Shown here in pieces: positions 1-13,067 of a stretch of 64,000 nucleotides of DNA; within the stretch, counting starts at the first letter, position 1, and the number at the start of each line of letters is the position of its first letter. Origin of the DNA: Holophagales bacterium (GTDB lineage: Bacteria > Acidobacteriota > Thermoanaerobaculia > Multivoradales > JAGPDF01); assembly GCA_016699405.1 (NCBI GenBank), contig CP064972.1:3786466-3850465 (forward strand), in the 5' to 3' direction. The notes under the pieces were generated by a model, which had not been told where the DNA came from, did no database searches, and saw nothing but the letters and a program-made list of their open reading frames with translations. Position numbers and translations under genes: made by a program.

Positions 1-297
1 CCCATCCTCCCCAGAGGCATCACCCACCGGCGCCACGGCCCACGGGCGCGGGCCGCGGGGAGAGACCCGCTCTCCGGCCGCCGAATCGCCCGCCGCGGGA
101 TGCCTGAGCTCGTCGTCGACATCGATGGTACTCCCGCGGCGCGGCGCGGGCCCCCCTCCTTCCCGGCTCCGGGCAGCGCACGGCGCCCGCCGCCGCAACG
201 ACCCATCCGGGTGGCCTCCGCCACCGTCTGCCTGTGCGAGTATCCGGACGCAGCACACGGAACGAGCGACCGCGATGCCCTCGAGCTTCTCGCCCCG

Positions 298-337
298 CGA
301 GCCCGACGCGACCGGAATGGCCGCTTCGTTCGTCTCC
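298..337. repeat. ~38-bp direct repeat, copy 1 (cgagcccgacgcgaccggaatggccgcttcgttcgtct), upstream flank of the hicAB cassette
   Basis: Same 38-mer recurs at 1361-1400 with one mismatch. Flanking bases (cttctcg...gcgagcccgac) are also similar, extending the repeat to ~50 bp imperfect. Confidence 0.7.
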
Positions 338-509
338 AGCCTGCTCGGCGAGATCCGCGCCGCTCGCTACCCGGCCCAGCTTCCACGCTTGCCCGGCATG
401 CGCGTACAAGCAGATTGGCCGCCATCGAGCGGGGCCGGCATGACGAGCTCGAGACCACCCATCGCATCGCTGCCGATCGGCCACGGCCTGCCGGCAGCCT
501 TGCCCAGCG

Positions 510-797
510 GTGCCAATAGTGACACCATCCCGGGTGACGGCGATGCCGCGTGACCCCGAGGAGGTGCTCCCGCTGCTGACCAGCGCCCCGGAGACGGTGA
601 CCTTCGCGGAGCTCCGCAAGCTCTGCGAACGCTTCTTCGGCCCGCCGCGCTCGTCGGCCTCGAGTCACCTGGTCTTCAAGACCGGCCTGCGGGACCCCGC
701 GCTCGTCAACATCCAGCGCGCCGGCAAGATGGCCAAGCCCTATCCGTGCCGCCAGGTTGCCCGCGCCATCGCCCTGCTGGGGACGGGAGAGGACTGA
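510..797 (+). CDS. hicA: HicA-family toxin (small mRNA interferase-like protein)
   Basis: 95-aa ORF. SSHLVFKTG ... GKMAKPYPCRQVARAIALL resembles the HicA/YcfA GSHxxF...K..lk.ilkqagl pattern. Its TGA overlaps the ATG of a HicB-like gene (ATGA overlap at 795-799). Confidence 0.6.
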   Translation: MPIVTPSRVTAMPRDPEEVLPLLTSAPETVTFAELRKLCERFFGPPRSSASSHLVFKTGLRDPALVNIQRAGKMAKPYPCRQVARAIALLGTGED

Positions 798-1246
798 TGA
801 AGAGCTGGGAGCAGTACACCTACCGCGTGACCTTCTCCCCCGAGGACGGCGAGTACCTCGGCCTCTGCGCCGAGCTCTCGGGCCTGAGCTGGCTCGCCCC
901 GACCGCCGAAGCGGCCCTCCGCGGCATCCAGAAGGCCGCGAAGGAGGCCGTCGCCCTCCTCCTCGCCGACGGCGACCAGGTCCCCGAGCCCCTCGCTGCC
1001 CGCACCTTCAGCGGCGTCTTCAAGGTCCGCATTCCCCCCGAGGTCCACCGCCAGCTCGCCCGCGAGGCGGCGGAACAGGGGGTTTCGATGAACCGCCTCG
1101 TGAGCGCGAAGCTCTCGACGGGGGCCTCCTCTCTCTCGCCCCTGTCACCGAGGCCAAAGCTGAAGAAGCCCACGCGCCCATCGGCACCGTCACCAGACCA
1201 GAAGGGTCGAGCTGCGACGGCGCAACCGCACCGGAAGGCAGGCTGA
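797..1246 (+). CDS. hicB: HicB-family antitoxin with C-terminal ribbon-helix-helix
   Basis: N-terminal MKSWEQYTYRVTFSPEDGEYLGLCAEL is typical of HicB (RNase H-like fold). C-terminal GVFKVRIPPEVHRQLAREAAEQGVSMNRLVSAKLS is an RHH DNA-binding motif. Start at 797, 4-bp overlap with upstream toxin gene. Confidence 0.7.
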   Translation: MKSWEQYTYRVTFSPEDGEYLGLCAELSGLSWLAPTAEAALRGIQKAAKEAVALLLADGDQVPEPLAARTFSGVFKVRIPPEVHRQLAREAAEQGVSMNRLVSAKLSTGASSLSPLSPRPKLKKPTRPSAPSPDQKGRAATAQPHRKAG

Positions 1247-1360
1247 TCGGAATCTCCTCGTCAGGGATCGTCCACTCAAGAGACGCCGCACCGTGCTGAA
1301 CGTGATCCTCGGCGCCGCACTCGCGCTCATCGGCGGCGATCTCTTTCGGCTTCTCGAAGC

Positions 1361-1400
1361 GCGAGCCCGACGCGACCGGAATGGCCGGTTCGTTCGTCTT
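1361..1400. repeat. ~38-bp direct repeat, copy 2 (one mismatch to copy at 298-337), downstream flank of the hicAB cassette
   Basis: Direct comparison of the two sequences; spacing ~1.06 kb brackets hicA-hicB. Confidence 0.7.
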
Positions 1401-1995
1401 GGAAGGTGGGGGGAGGAGGAGGGTCGCCGTGCGGACCGCGGCAATGGCGAACGCACCACCGCTCTCGATGACTTCGTCGACTGCCGCCATGCCGAAACGC
1501 TCGGAGCCCTCCCCAGCCACCAACGGTTCCGCTCCCCTCCGCTTCGAAGCCAAGCTCTCGGCGATTGCCGATGCGCCCGCAAGGACATGAGAGCGGCCGA
1601 GACCAGGCACGCCGTGCCCGCCGCGCAGCTAGCGCCGATGGACCGTGGGGCCCAGCGATATCGCGCGCTCGCCGACCTAGCGTGCGATGCGGCCGCTACG
1701 ACTGGCGGTCGAGTGACAGGTCCGACGATAAGGCGAAGAAAGGCGATGCCGACTCGCGCCGGACAGAGCCTCCGCCGCGACCTCTGCAGCCGATCCGCCG
1801 AAGCGCCGTGGGCCGAGATCTGCGCCTCGCTTCCCCCTGTCGTCCTGAGCAGAGCGAAGGACCTGGGCGGGGGGCCTTACTCCCTGCTTCGCCACCCGCG
1901 GAAGTTCGAATGAGCGAGCGACCAGACACGGAGAGCGGCACGGAGCAGGAGCGAGCCCGAGCCACGCGGTCGAGGTCACGCCCGAGGAGCAACAG

Positions 1996-3282
1996 ATGAC
2001 GAGACCAAGGTCCACCAAGAGAGCCCCCCTCCTCGCGCTCGCCGCTCTGGCCTGGTGTGCCGGCACCGCGCGTGCGGACGAGCTCGTGCTGACGAGCGGC
2101 GAGTCACTGACCGGCAAGGTCCAGGGGGAACGCCTGGCGATCGAGACGCCGCAGGGCCGGATCGAAGCCCCCTTCGAGGCGCTCTCCTCGGTGGAGCTCG
2201 ACGAGGCGGCCAATGCGCGGGTCACTCTCGTCGACGGCACGGTGATCGAGGGCCGGTGGGTGCAGGCGGAGATCGTCCTGCGCCAGGGTCTGCTCGACCG
2301 CGTCGTGCCGGCGCCGTCGATTCGTCGTCTCGTCTGGTCGCCGCCGGCGGTGACGCTGCCCTCCGGCACGCCGGTGCCGCTCGCGCTCGTCCGCTCGGTG
2401 AGCTCCGCGGCGAATTCGGCCGGCGACCCGGTCTCGCTCTGCACGACCGAGGAGGTGACGGTGAACGGAAAGGTCGTCATCGCGCGGCACTCTCCGGCCT
2501 CCGGCTCGGTGCTCGGCACCGGCGGCGGCTCGAATGTCGGCGGCGGAGGCACTCTGGTGCTGCGAGCGGGCGCCGTGCTGGCGCGCGACGGGAGTTCGAT
2601 TCCGCTCGCCGGGAACCTCCAGGTCCGCGGCGGTTTCAACGGGGCGAACTGGGGCCTGGCGGGCCTGCTCTCCGAGGGGAGCCCGGCGCTCGCGGCGAGC
2701 GGCACGCAGGTCGAAGCGAAGACCGCGAGCGAAGCGGCGATCGGCCTCGCGGCCAGCTCCTTCACCGCCGAGCAGCTCGCCGGCCAGGAGCTGTGCGCCG
2801 ACTTCTTCCGCTTCAGCGACAGCGCCGAGATCGGGCTCGAGAAGGTGGTGCCGGGCCGCTCCTACGCCCCGGTTCCGCAGCCGCTCAAGCTCTCGCTGCC
2901 ACTCCTCCCGTTCGCCCCCTTGCTGACCGAGGACGGCAAAGGCACGGTGAAGACCTACGGGACGCGGCCGTTTTCGATCGACGGCGTCGCTCTCGCGTCG
3001 TTGACCGTCGAAGCGGTGGGCAAGGGCAAGCGCGGCGCCACATTCAAGATCACGGCGCCCCTCACGGTCCCGGCCTCGTATGACCGCTGGGTTTCGCTCA
3101 CCATCGAGCTGCTCGCGGGCGAGAAGCAGCTCCAGGTCCTCCGCCTGCAACGGATCGACGCCGAGGAGCGCAAGGTGACGCCGATCGACGCCCGGCTCAC
3201 GCTTTCGCGTGCGGAAGTCGACGAGCTCCTCGCCGCGCCGAACGCCCGGCTGCGCATCACCATGACGGCGATCGAGAACTGA
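1996..3282 (+). CDS. hypothetical secreted protein (N-terminal signal peptide, possible lipobox LAWC)
   Basis: 428-aa ORF with MTRPRSTKRAPLLALAALAWCAG signal-like N-terminus and coherent high-GC third-position usage. No recognisable catalytic motif. Confidence 0.55.
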   Translation: MTRPRSTKRAPLLALAALAWCAGTARADELVLTSGESLTGKVQGERLAIETPQGRIEAPFEALSSVELDEAANARVTLVDGTVIEGRWVQAEIVLRQGLLDRVVPAPSIRRLVWSPPAVTLPSGTPVPLALVRSVSSAANSAGDPVSLCTTEEVTVNGKVVIARHSPASGSVLGTGGGSNVGGGGTLVLRAGAVLARDGSSIPLAGNLQVRGGFNGANWGLAGLLSEGSPALAASGTQVEAKTASEAAIGLAASSFTAEQLAGQELCADFFRFSDSAEIGLEKVVPGRSYAPVPQPLKLSLPLLPFAPLLTEDGKGTVKTYGTRPFSIDGVALASLTVEAVGKGKRGATFKITAPLTVPASYDRWVSLTIELLAGEKQLQVLRLQRIDAEERKVTPIDARLTLSRAEVDELLAAPNARLRITMTAIEN

Positions 3283-3663
3283 TGGCGACGAACTTCCTGG
3301 TCGAGACGAGCCCCGCCTCGGCCCCACTCCCCTTCCGCATCGCCGTCCCCGACGGCGGCGGGTGCTCGTTCCTCCGCCGGCCAGGCGAGCTTCGGCACCG
3401 TGAGGCCTTCGCGTGGCGTGCCGAGCAGGGTCTCAGACGATAGGCTTCGGGCCGCATGTCTGCCATGAGCTCGAGGATCTGAAAGGTGTCGGCTCAGGAC
3501 CATGCCCGGGGCCGGACACACGGCAGGGAGTCGGCGCCGTACCGGCCGCTGTCCCGCCACTTGACACGCCTCGCTTCCGCAAAGATGATGGATCCATCTG
3601 CTCCCCGCTGGATCAGCCCTCTGGGCCTCCGGCGGGGTTTTGTGCTTCTGGGAGGTTCTGGTC

Positions 3664-4296
3664 GTGCCCACTGAGCCCTCGACGAAGCGCACCGTCGTCT
3701 TCATCGACGGCCAGAACCTCTACTACGCCGTCAAGCAGGCCTTCGGCTACAACTTCCCCAATTACGATGTCCCGGCGCTGGCCGCCGCGCTCTGCCAGCG
3801 TGCGGGCTGGACACTCGCCGGCACCTACTTCTACACCGGCATCCCGAGCGCCCAGGACCACCCGGGCTGGAACCACTTCTGGTCCGCGAAGCTAGCCGTG
3901 ATGGGAACCCGGGGTGTCGTGACCTTCGCGCGCCAGCTCAAGTATCGGAACCAGACCGTGGCGCTGCCGGGCGGAGCGACAACGACGGTGCTCGTCGGCC
4001 AGGAGAAGGGCGTCGACGTGCGGCTCGCGCTCGACATCGTCCGCCTGGCGCGCGAGGCGGCCTTCGACGTCGCGCTCGTCCTGTCGCAGGATCAGGACCT
4101 CTCGGAGGTGGCCGACGAGGTGCGCCAGATCTCGATCGCTCAGCAGCGTTGGATCAAGCTCGCCTCGGCATTTCCGACGAGCCCGACCTACCCGAACCGG
4201 CGCGGCGTGAACCGCACGGACTGGCTGCCCTTCGACCGCGCTTTCTACGACGGCTGTATCGACCCGATCGACTATCGACGAGGGGTCGAACCCTAA
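3664..4296 (+). CDS. NYN-domain (LabA-like) predicted RNase, immediately upstream of hsdM
   Basis: [12 protein letters not shown] and [25 protein letters not shown] are hallmark NYN/LabA motifs. GTG at 3664 preceded by GGGAGG. ORF-track start 3640 is an alternative. 14-bp gap to hsdM. Confidence 0.8.
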   Translation: MPTEPSTKRTVVFIDGQNLYYAVKQAFGYNFPNYDVPALAAALCQRAGWTLAGTYFYTGIPSAQDHPGWNHFWSAKLAVMGTRGVVTFARQLKYRNQTVALPGGATTTVLVGQEKGVDVRLALDIVRLAREAAFDVALVLSQDQDLSEVADEVRQISIAQQRWIKLASAFPTSPTYPNRRGVNRTDWLPFDRAFYDGCIDPIDYRRGVEP

Positions 4297-4309
4297 GGAC
4301 GGGGGAACG

Positions 4310-5902
4310 ATGGCGAGAGGCGGCAAGACGAAGGCCTCCGGCACCGAGCTCGGCTTCGAAGCCAAGCTCTGGGCGGCGGCCGATGCGCTGCGCAACAACA
4401 TGGACGCGGCCGAGTACAAGCACGTCGTCCTCGGACTGATCTTCTTGAAGTACATCTCGGACGCCTTCGAGGCGAAGCACGCCGAGCTCGCCGCGCAGCG
4501 GGCGCAGGGGGCCGACCCGGAGGATCCGGACGAGTACCGCGCCGCGAGCATCTTCTGGGTGCCGAAGGAGGCGCGCTGGGCGCACCTCAAGGCGAACGCG
4601 CCGCAGCCGACGATCGGCACGCTGGTCGACGACGCGATGGCGGCGATCGAGCGCGACAACCCCTCGCTCAAGGGGGTGCTGCCGAAGGACTTCGGGCGGC
4701 TCGGCCTCGACAAGCAGCGGCTCGGGCAGATCATCAACCTGGTGAGCGACATCGCCCTCGGCAGCGCCGCCGACCGCGCCAAGGACACCCTCGGCCGCGT
4801 CTACGAGTACTTCCTGGCGCGCTTCGCCAGCGCCGAGGGCAAGAGCGGCGGGCAGTTCTACACGCCGTCGCACGTGGTGCGGGTGCTGGTCGAGATGCTG
4901 GCTCCCTTCAAGGGCCGGGTCTACGACCCCTGCTGCGGCTCGGGCGGGATGTTCGTCTCGAGCGAGAAGTTCATCGAGGCGCACAGCGGCAAGGTCGGCG
5001 ACATCTCGATCTACGGCCAGGAGTCGAACTACACGACCTGGCGCCTGGCGAAGATGAACCTCGCGATCCGCGGCATCGACGCGCAGATCGTCCACGGCGA
5101 CACCTTCCACAATGACCAGCACCCGGACCTGAAGGCCGACTACGTGCTGGCGAATCCGCCGTTCAACGACAGCGACTGGCGCGGCGAGCTGCTCAAGGAG
5201 GACAAGCGCTGGGTCTACGGCGTCCCGCCGGCCGGCAACGCGAACTTCGCCTGGGTGCAGCACTTCATCCACCACCTCGCCCCCACCGGCCTCGCCGGCT
5301 TCGTGCTCGCCAACGGCTCGATGTCGTCGAACCGGTCGGGCGAGGGCGAGATCCGCAAGGCGATCCTCGAGGCCGACCTCGTCGACTGCATGGTCGCCCT
5401 GCCGGGCCAGCTCTTCTACTCCACTCAGATTCCGGTCTGCCTCTGGTTCCTGACCCGCAACAAAGCTGCACGTCATCCTGAGCGAAGCGCCGCAGGCGCG
5501 AAGTCGAAGGATCTCGCTTTCCGCGACCGCCGCGGAGAGACGCTCTTCCTCGATGCCCGCAAGATGGGCTCTCTCGTCGACCGCACCCATCGCGAGCTCA
5601 CCGAAGACGACGTCGCCAAGATCGCCGGCACCTACCACGCCTGGCGCGGCGACGCCGGGGCCGGCAAGTACAAGGACGTGCCGGGCTTCTGCAAGAGCGC
5701 GACGCTCGAGGAGATCCGCAAGCACGGCCACGTGCTGACTCCCGGCCGCTACGTCGGCGCCGGGGCTGCGGAGGACGATGGGGATCCGTTTGACGTGAAG
5801 ATGAAGCGCCTCGTCGCGATGCTGCGCGAGCAGCAGGCCGAAGCTGCGCGGCTTGACGCCGCGATCATCGCCAACCTCAGGGAGCTTGGCTTTGTCGACT
5901 GA
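4310..5902 (+). CDS. hsdM: type I restriction-modification system, DNA methyltransferase subunit M
   Basis: N-terminal HsdM_N ([35 protein letters not shown]), N6-adenine MTase motif VLANPPFN, conserved C-terminus. Contains an in-frame ~15-aa insertion ([15 protein letters not shown]) in a normally conserved stretch. Confidence 0.95.
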   Translation: MARGGKTKASGTELGFEAKLWAAADALRNNMDAAEYKHVVLGLIFLKYISDAFEAKHAELAAQRAQGADPEDPDEYRAASIFWVPKEARWAHLKANAPQPTIGTLVDDAMAAIERDNPSLKGVLPKDFGRLGLDKQRLGQIINLVSDIALGSAADRAKDTLGRVYEYFLARFASAEGKSGGQFYTPSHVVRVLVEMLAPFKGRVYDPCCGSGGMFVSSEKFIEAHSGKVGDISIYGQESNYTTWRLAKMNLAIRGIDAQIVHGDTFHNDQHPDLKADYVLANPPFNDSDWRGELLKEDKRWVYGVPPAGNANFAWVQHFIHHLAPTGLAGFVLANGSMSSNRSGEGEIRKAILEADLVDCMVALPGQLFYSTQIPVCLWFLTRNKAARHPERSAAGAKSKDLAFRDRRGETLFLDARKMGSLVDRTHRELTEDDVAKIAGTYHAWRGDAGAGKYKDVPGFCKSATLEEIRKHGHVLTPGRYVGAGAAEDDGDPFDVKMKRLVAMLREQQAEAARLDAAIIANLRELGFVD

Positions 5903-7142
5903 ATGGAGAGAGGTGACGCTGGATTGCCTCTATGAGTTCAGTTCCGGGCTCTCCAAGCCCCGCACCGAGTTTGGCACTGGTTTTCCGTTCTTGTCGTTCA
6001 AGGATGTCTTCGACAACTACTTCGTCCCACGTGAGCTCAAGGAAAGGGTCAGGTCTACGGAGCAGGAGCGACGGGCGCTTTCCGTCAAGCGCGGTGATGT
6101 ATTTCTGACCCGGACAAGCGAAACCGTGGATGAGCTCGGAATGAGCTGTGTCGCACTGCGGGACATTCCGGATGCCACCTTCAACGGATTCACAAAGCGT
6201 CTCAGGCCGAGGCCCGATGCCCGTGTGGCGCCAGAGTATGCGGGTTACTACTTCAGAGGCCCGGAGTTTCGGTCGCAGGTCTACGCCATGTCGTCGCTGT
6301 CGACCCGAGCAAGCCTCAACAGCGAGATGCTCTCAAGGCTGACCATCCGCCTTCCGAGCACACCCGTGCAAGAGCGGATCGGGGCAGTGCTGAAAGCGCT
6401 GGACGACAAGATCGACCTGAACCGGCGGATGAGCGAGACGCTGGAGGCGATGGCGCAGGCGCTCTTCAAGTCGTGGTTCGTGGACTTCGAGCCGGTGCGG
6501 GCGAAGGCGGCCGGCTACAACACCGGGCTCGGAGTAAGTCTCGGTGCGGTGTTTCCCGCGGAGCTCGCTGAATCCGATGTCGGTGAGATTCCAGCCGGCT
6601 GGCTCGTGCAGGAGATCGGCGATCTTCTGGAATTGGCCTATGGGAAGGCGCTGCGAGCCGAAGACCGCAAGATCGGGACGGTACCGGTCTACGGCTCCAA
6701 TGGCCAGGTCGGCTGGCACGACCAGCGTCTGGTGTCTGGTCCAGGAATCGTTGTCGGTAGGAAGGGCAACCCAGGAGTTGTAACTTGGGTTCCGACCGAC
6801 TTCTTTCCCATTGACACGACGTTCTTCGTGATTCCGAAGCTCGATTGCCGGAGCCTTGAGTTCCTCTTCTTTGCTTTGCAGGACCAGGGCCTGAGCGCGC
6901 TCGGAGCCGATTCCGCTGTTCCAGGAGTAAACCGGAATCTCATCTACCAGAGCAAGCAGATCTTGCCCAGCCCGAGAGTGCTTGAGGAGTTCAGTCGCAT
7001 TGCTGGAAGCCTCCTTGACCGATCTCGCGAGTGTGTAGCTGAGGCTCAGGTTCTTGGAGCACTTCGCGACGCGCTCTTGCCAGGGCTGATCAGCGGCGAC
7101 CTGATGATTGACCGGATGTCCACACTTGGGGGCCGAGGATGA
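5853..7142 (+). CDS. hsdS: type I restriction-modification system, specificity subunit S (two target-recognition domains)
   Basis: Central conserved [23 protein letters not shown] and terminal LISGDL motifs typical of HsdS. Overlaps hsdM stop; true start may be TTG ~5886. GC markedly lower (~55%) than flanking hsdM/hsdR. Confidence 0.9.
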   Translation: MTPRSSPTSGSLALSTEWREVTLDCLYEFSSGLSKPRTEFGTGFPFLSFKDVFDNYFVPRELKERVRSTEQERRALSVKRGDVFLTRTSETVDELGMSCVALRDIPDATFNGFTKRLRPRPDARVAPEYAGYYFRGPEFRSQVYAMSSLSTRASLNSEMLSRLTIRLPSTPVQERIGAVLKALDDKIDLNRRMSETLEAMAQALFKSWFVDFEPVRAKAAGYNTGLGVSLGAVFPAELAESDVGEIPAGWLVQEIGDLLELAYGKALRAEDRKIGTVPVYGSNGQVGWHDQRLVSGPGIVVGRKGNPGVVTWVPTDFFPIDTTFFVIPKLDCRSLEFLFFALQDQGLSALGADSAVPGVNRNLIYQSKQILPSPRVLEEFSRIAGSLLDRSRECVAEAQVLGALRDALLPGLISGDLMIDRMSTLGGRG

Positions 7143-9163
7143 AGCGGCGGACGCGACTGTTCCTTTTCCTGATCTCGCTGGTGATCCTCCTGGTCGTTGG
7201 ACGGCTCGTCACAGGTAGCTTCTCCTTTGCGCTGAGTCAATTCTGGTTCACATCGGGTCTCTTCCTCCTGCTCCTCCTATCACTCATCGACCAGCCGCAC
7301 TTCTCGAAGGATGCCAACGTCTTCGTGAATGCTGTGACGGGTTGGGTGGCACTGCTGCTTGTCCCCGGCGGCAGCCGCAGCGGGATCTGGTGGGCCTTCC
7401 TTGCTTGGACAAGCTACCTTGCGGTCTCCAGTTACGCGCTCATTTGGCTGAGATCTCGCGACCTTGGGAATGAGGGGCCTGGAATCCAGTTGCTGTCGAG
7501 GGTGAACCGCGAGGTCGGCCGACCCGAGGCGCTGTTCTCGGCATTCTTCCTATGGGGATGTGTGCTTCAGTTCGGAAGCGCCGGCCTAGAGTCGAGCGCC
7601 CTCTTCTTCTATTGGGCTGTGTTCATGATTCTCAATCAACCGGCGCTGGCTAGGATCTTGGACACGGCGCTGGAAGGAGGAGGCAAGGGCCCGACCGCCA
7701 TAGAGGGCTCCCTCGAGGGGCTCGTGAGCCCTCGCGTTGCCGCGATTCGCCTACCGGCAGAGTTCCCAGTCGAGGCTCTTGGGCTGGAGGTGGAACTCGT
7801 TGCGAACGAAGGAGAACCCGCGGCTTTGGGCGTGATCTTCGACGACCGGATCGTCTCCGGAGTTCGGCTCGGAAGAGTCGGCCTCACAAGCTTCCTCCCG
7901 GCGTGGCAAAGGGTGGTTGATGCCGGCCCCAGGCGACCAGCTGTGAAACTAACGGGCAATCGTGTCGATGGCGATGAGTGCCCGCTGAGCATCGTGGATG
8001 CGGGGACGACGATCGGCCATGTGGTTTTCCTGGTTCACCCTGACATCAAGCTCCAGGCAGGGGAAGTGGTGGCCACCATCAGCGGTTCGACAACAGACGT
8101 TCTTTATCAGGTGATCTCGGCGACCGTGCTCAAGGAAGCGGCCCCTGAAGCTAATGCAATTTACTCCGTGAAGGTCTTGGCTGGGCAGCTCGGTGTTTGG
8201 GACAGGACGAAGTGTCAGTTCGAAACTGTCCCGTGGGTCCCCGGCGCCGGACACATCGTGCGAAAGATCGGAGCGTCGTTGAACGTCGAGCACAGGCCTC
8301 CGCAGGGGCGCGAAGTTGTGGGGAGAGTTCCCAACTCGACCTTTCCCGTCCATGTAGCTGTTGATGACGTGGTGACCCACAACACAGCGCTGATTGGGGT
8401 CACCGGTAGCGGCAAGTCCTACCTCGCGTTTCACCTGATCGAGGCGATGGTCGCTCAGGGAATCCATGTTCTGATCCTCGACATTAGTCGGCAGCACGAT
8501 TTGTATCTCACGGGACATGAGCCGACAGCACTCAAGAAGGCGGACGAAGTCGCCGCCTGGTTTGGCAGCAAGTCGCTCATCGGCATCCACCAGTTTGCTG
8601 TCGACGCGGACGGTTACCCGAAGGTCGCTGCGGATTTTGCCAAGGCCGCGTTTGACGAGGTCTCGAAGGCGAAACTTGAACGAGGGAAGAACCTCCCGGC
8701 AAGGCTGTGCATCGTTTTGGAGGAGGCGCACTCTCTGATCCCCGAGTGGAACCAAGTGGCACAGAAGGGAGACGAGCAGCAAGTCAATCGAACAGCTCGG
8801 TACATCCTGCAGGGCCGAAAATTCGGAATGGGTGTGGTCGTCGTGACACAACGAACTGCGAACGTGACGAAGACAATCCTCAATCAATGCAACACGATCT
8901 TCGCTCTGCAGTCGTTTGACCAGACGGGCTTGGACTTCTTGCGGAACTACATGGGCGAGGAGTACTCGCAGGCGATCTCAACCCTTCCGCCGCGTCACGC
9001 GATCCTTGTAGGCAAGGCGTCATCGTCATCGCGCCCACTGCTCTTCGTCGTGCAAGACCTTAGTGACCGCTGGGCAGCCTCGAGCGGCAATGAGACGGCT
9101 AGCAAGTCAGCGGCTACGGCAGCAGCCATACCCACTGAGCCAGGTGGCGAGAAGAAGCTGTGA
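7139..9163 (+). CDS. membrane-anchored HerA/DUF87-family P-loop ATPase (FtsK-HerA superfamily)
   Basis: N-terminal ~180 aa with 5-6 predicted TM helices (LFLFLISLVILLVVG..., FWFTSGLFLLLLLSLI...). Walker A ALIGVTGSGKSY, Walker B CIVLEEAH, and FALQSFDQTGLDFL as in HerA/DUF87 proteins. ATGA overlap with hsdS stop and GTGA overlap with next gene. Low GC (~55-58%). Confidence 0.8.
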   Translation: MKRRTRLFLFLISLVILLVVGRLVTGSFSFALSQFWFTSGLFLLLLLSLIDQPHFSKDANVFVNAVTGWVALLLVPGGSRSGIWWAFLAWTSYLAVSSYALIWLRSRDLGNEGPGIQLLSRVNREVGRPEALFSAFFLWGCVLQFGSAGLESSALFFYWAVFMILNQPALARILDTALEGGGKGPTAIEGSLEGLVSPRVAAIRLPAEFPVEALGLEVELVANEGEPAALGVIFDDRIVSGVRLGRVGLTSFLPAWQRVVDAGPRRPAVKLTGNRVDGDECPLSIVDAGTTIGHVVFLVHPDIKLQAGEVVATISGSTTDVLYQVISATVLKEAAPEANAIYSVKVLAGQLGVWDRTKCQFETVPWVPGAGHIVRKIGASLNVEHRPPQGREVVGRVPNSTFPVHVAVDDVVTHNTALIGVTGSGKSYLAFHLIEAMVAQGIHVLILDISRQHDLYLTGHEPTALKKADEVAAWFGSKSLIGIHQFAVDADGYPKVAADFAKAAFDEVSKAKLERGKNLPARLCIVLEEAHSLIPEWNQVAQKGDEQQVNRTARYILQGRKFGMGVVVVTQRTANVTKTILNQCNTIFALQSFDQTGLDFLRNYMGEEYSQAISTLPPRHAILVGKASSSSRPLLFVVQDLSDRWAASSGNETASKSAATAAAIPTEPGGEKKL

Positions 9164-9825
9164 GTTCGAGGTCCGCTGAACCAGTGGCAGCAACCGCAGC
9201 CCTCAGGTGGGGGGGAGTGCTGGCGCGCGGCTTGAATCTCGAACCGGCTCTCACTTCCGGGATGCCGGCGGCCGACCGGAATAGCCCTGGCTTCCTGGAC
9301 CTCGCGCTTGATGGGCAGCTGCGGCAATCGTTCGAGCGACTTGCGCCGGAGTTCCCTCACGAGCCCACACGTGAGGCCCGCCGCAAACCGCTTCGGGCGG
9401 AAGCGGCTTCGCTGCTCGAGCGCCGCCGCGCACATTGGCGGGTGAAAGCCGGCGGCGTCACATGGCGAGAGAAAGGAAGCGGGATCGACCGCTTGGTCGA
9501 GGCGGAAGAGATCATTCAACTTCCGGCTCCGGACCTCAGAAGCGGTCACCGCCGGACGGTCGTCACCATCTTCGGCCCGAGACCGTTCGAGCAAATGGAC
9601 CGGGACGACCGCATTCGGGCCTGCTATCAGCACTGCGCCTTGCGGTGGGTCATGTCGGAGCGAATGACCAACCAGTCCCTACGGGAGCGGTTTCACCTGC
9701 CCGAGGGTAAGGCCGCGATCGCGTCGCAGGTGATCGCGGCCACGATCGAGGCGGGTCTCGTCAAACCGGATGAGAAGGTCGGCGCCTCTCGGAGGTTTGC
9801 TCGGTACCTGCCGTTCTGGGCCTAG
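9160..9825 (+). CDS. RecG-C-terminal-like (HATPase_c_4-like) plus winged-HTH protein lacking the usual N-terminal AlbA_2/Schlafen domain
   Basis: REKGSGIDRLVEAEEI...VTIFGPRPF then ACYQHCALRWVMSERMTNQSLRERFHL...ARYLPFWA matches, from memory, the GSGI-containing core and C-terminal HTH of so-called ATP-dependent DNA helicase RecG C-terminal domain regulators. The N-terminal ~90 aa are low complexity, so the true start may be internal. Translationally coupled to upstream ATPase. Confidence 0.55.
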   Translation: MSSRSAEPVAATAALRWGGVLARGLNLEPALTSGMPAADRNSPGFLDLALDGQLRQSFERLAPEFPHEPTREARRKPLRAEAASLLERRRAHWRVKAGGVTWREKGSGIDRLVEAEEIIQLPAPDLRSGHRRTVVTIFGPRPFEQMDRDDRIRACYQHCALRWVMSERMTNQSLRERFHLPEGKAAIASQVIAATIEAGLVKPDEKVGASRRFARYLPFWA

Positions 9826-9932
9826 GTTCATTTAAGAGATGCCGGCATGCAAGCGCCATCAGCACTGACAAGCCCTTTCCTTACAGTTACTTGGCCATTT
9901 AAGGCCTTCCCCAAGGCCAGTCGGGCGGCTGG

Positions 9933-13067
<3,135 letters not shown>

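Noticed and set aside
1293-1913. 206-aa plus-strand ORF in the spacer between hicB and the secreted protein gene
   Set aside because: It starts inside the 38-bp repeat, and has no SD, no domain, and irregular codon usage. The region is more likely non-coding, carrying repeat copy 2 and a short hairpin.
9826-9932. AT-rich hsdR leader containing GGCCATTTAAGGCC, considered as a palindromic operator
   Set aside because: Writing out the reverse complement shows it is not a true palindrome (ATTTAA vs TTAAAT centre). It was retained only as the probable hsdR promoter region, with no specific call.
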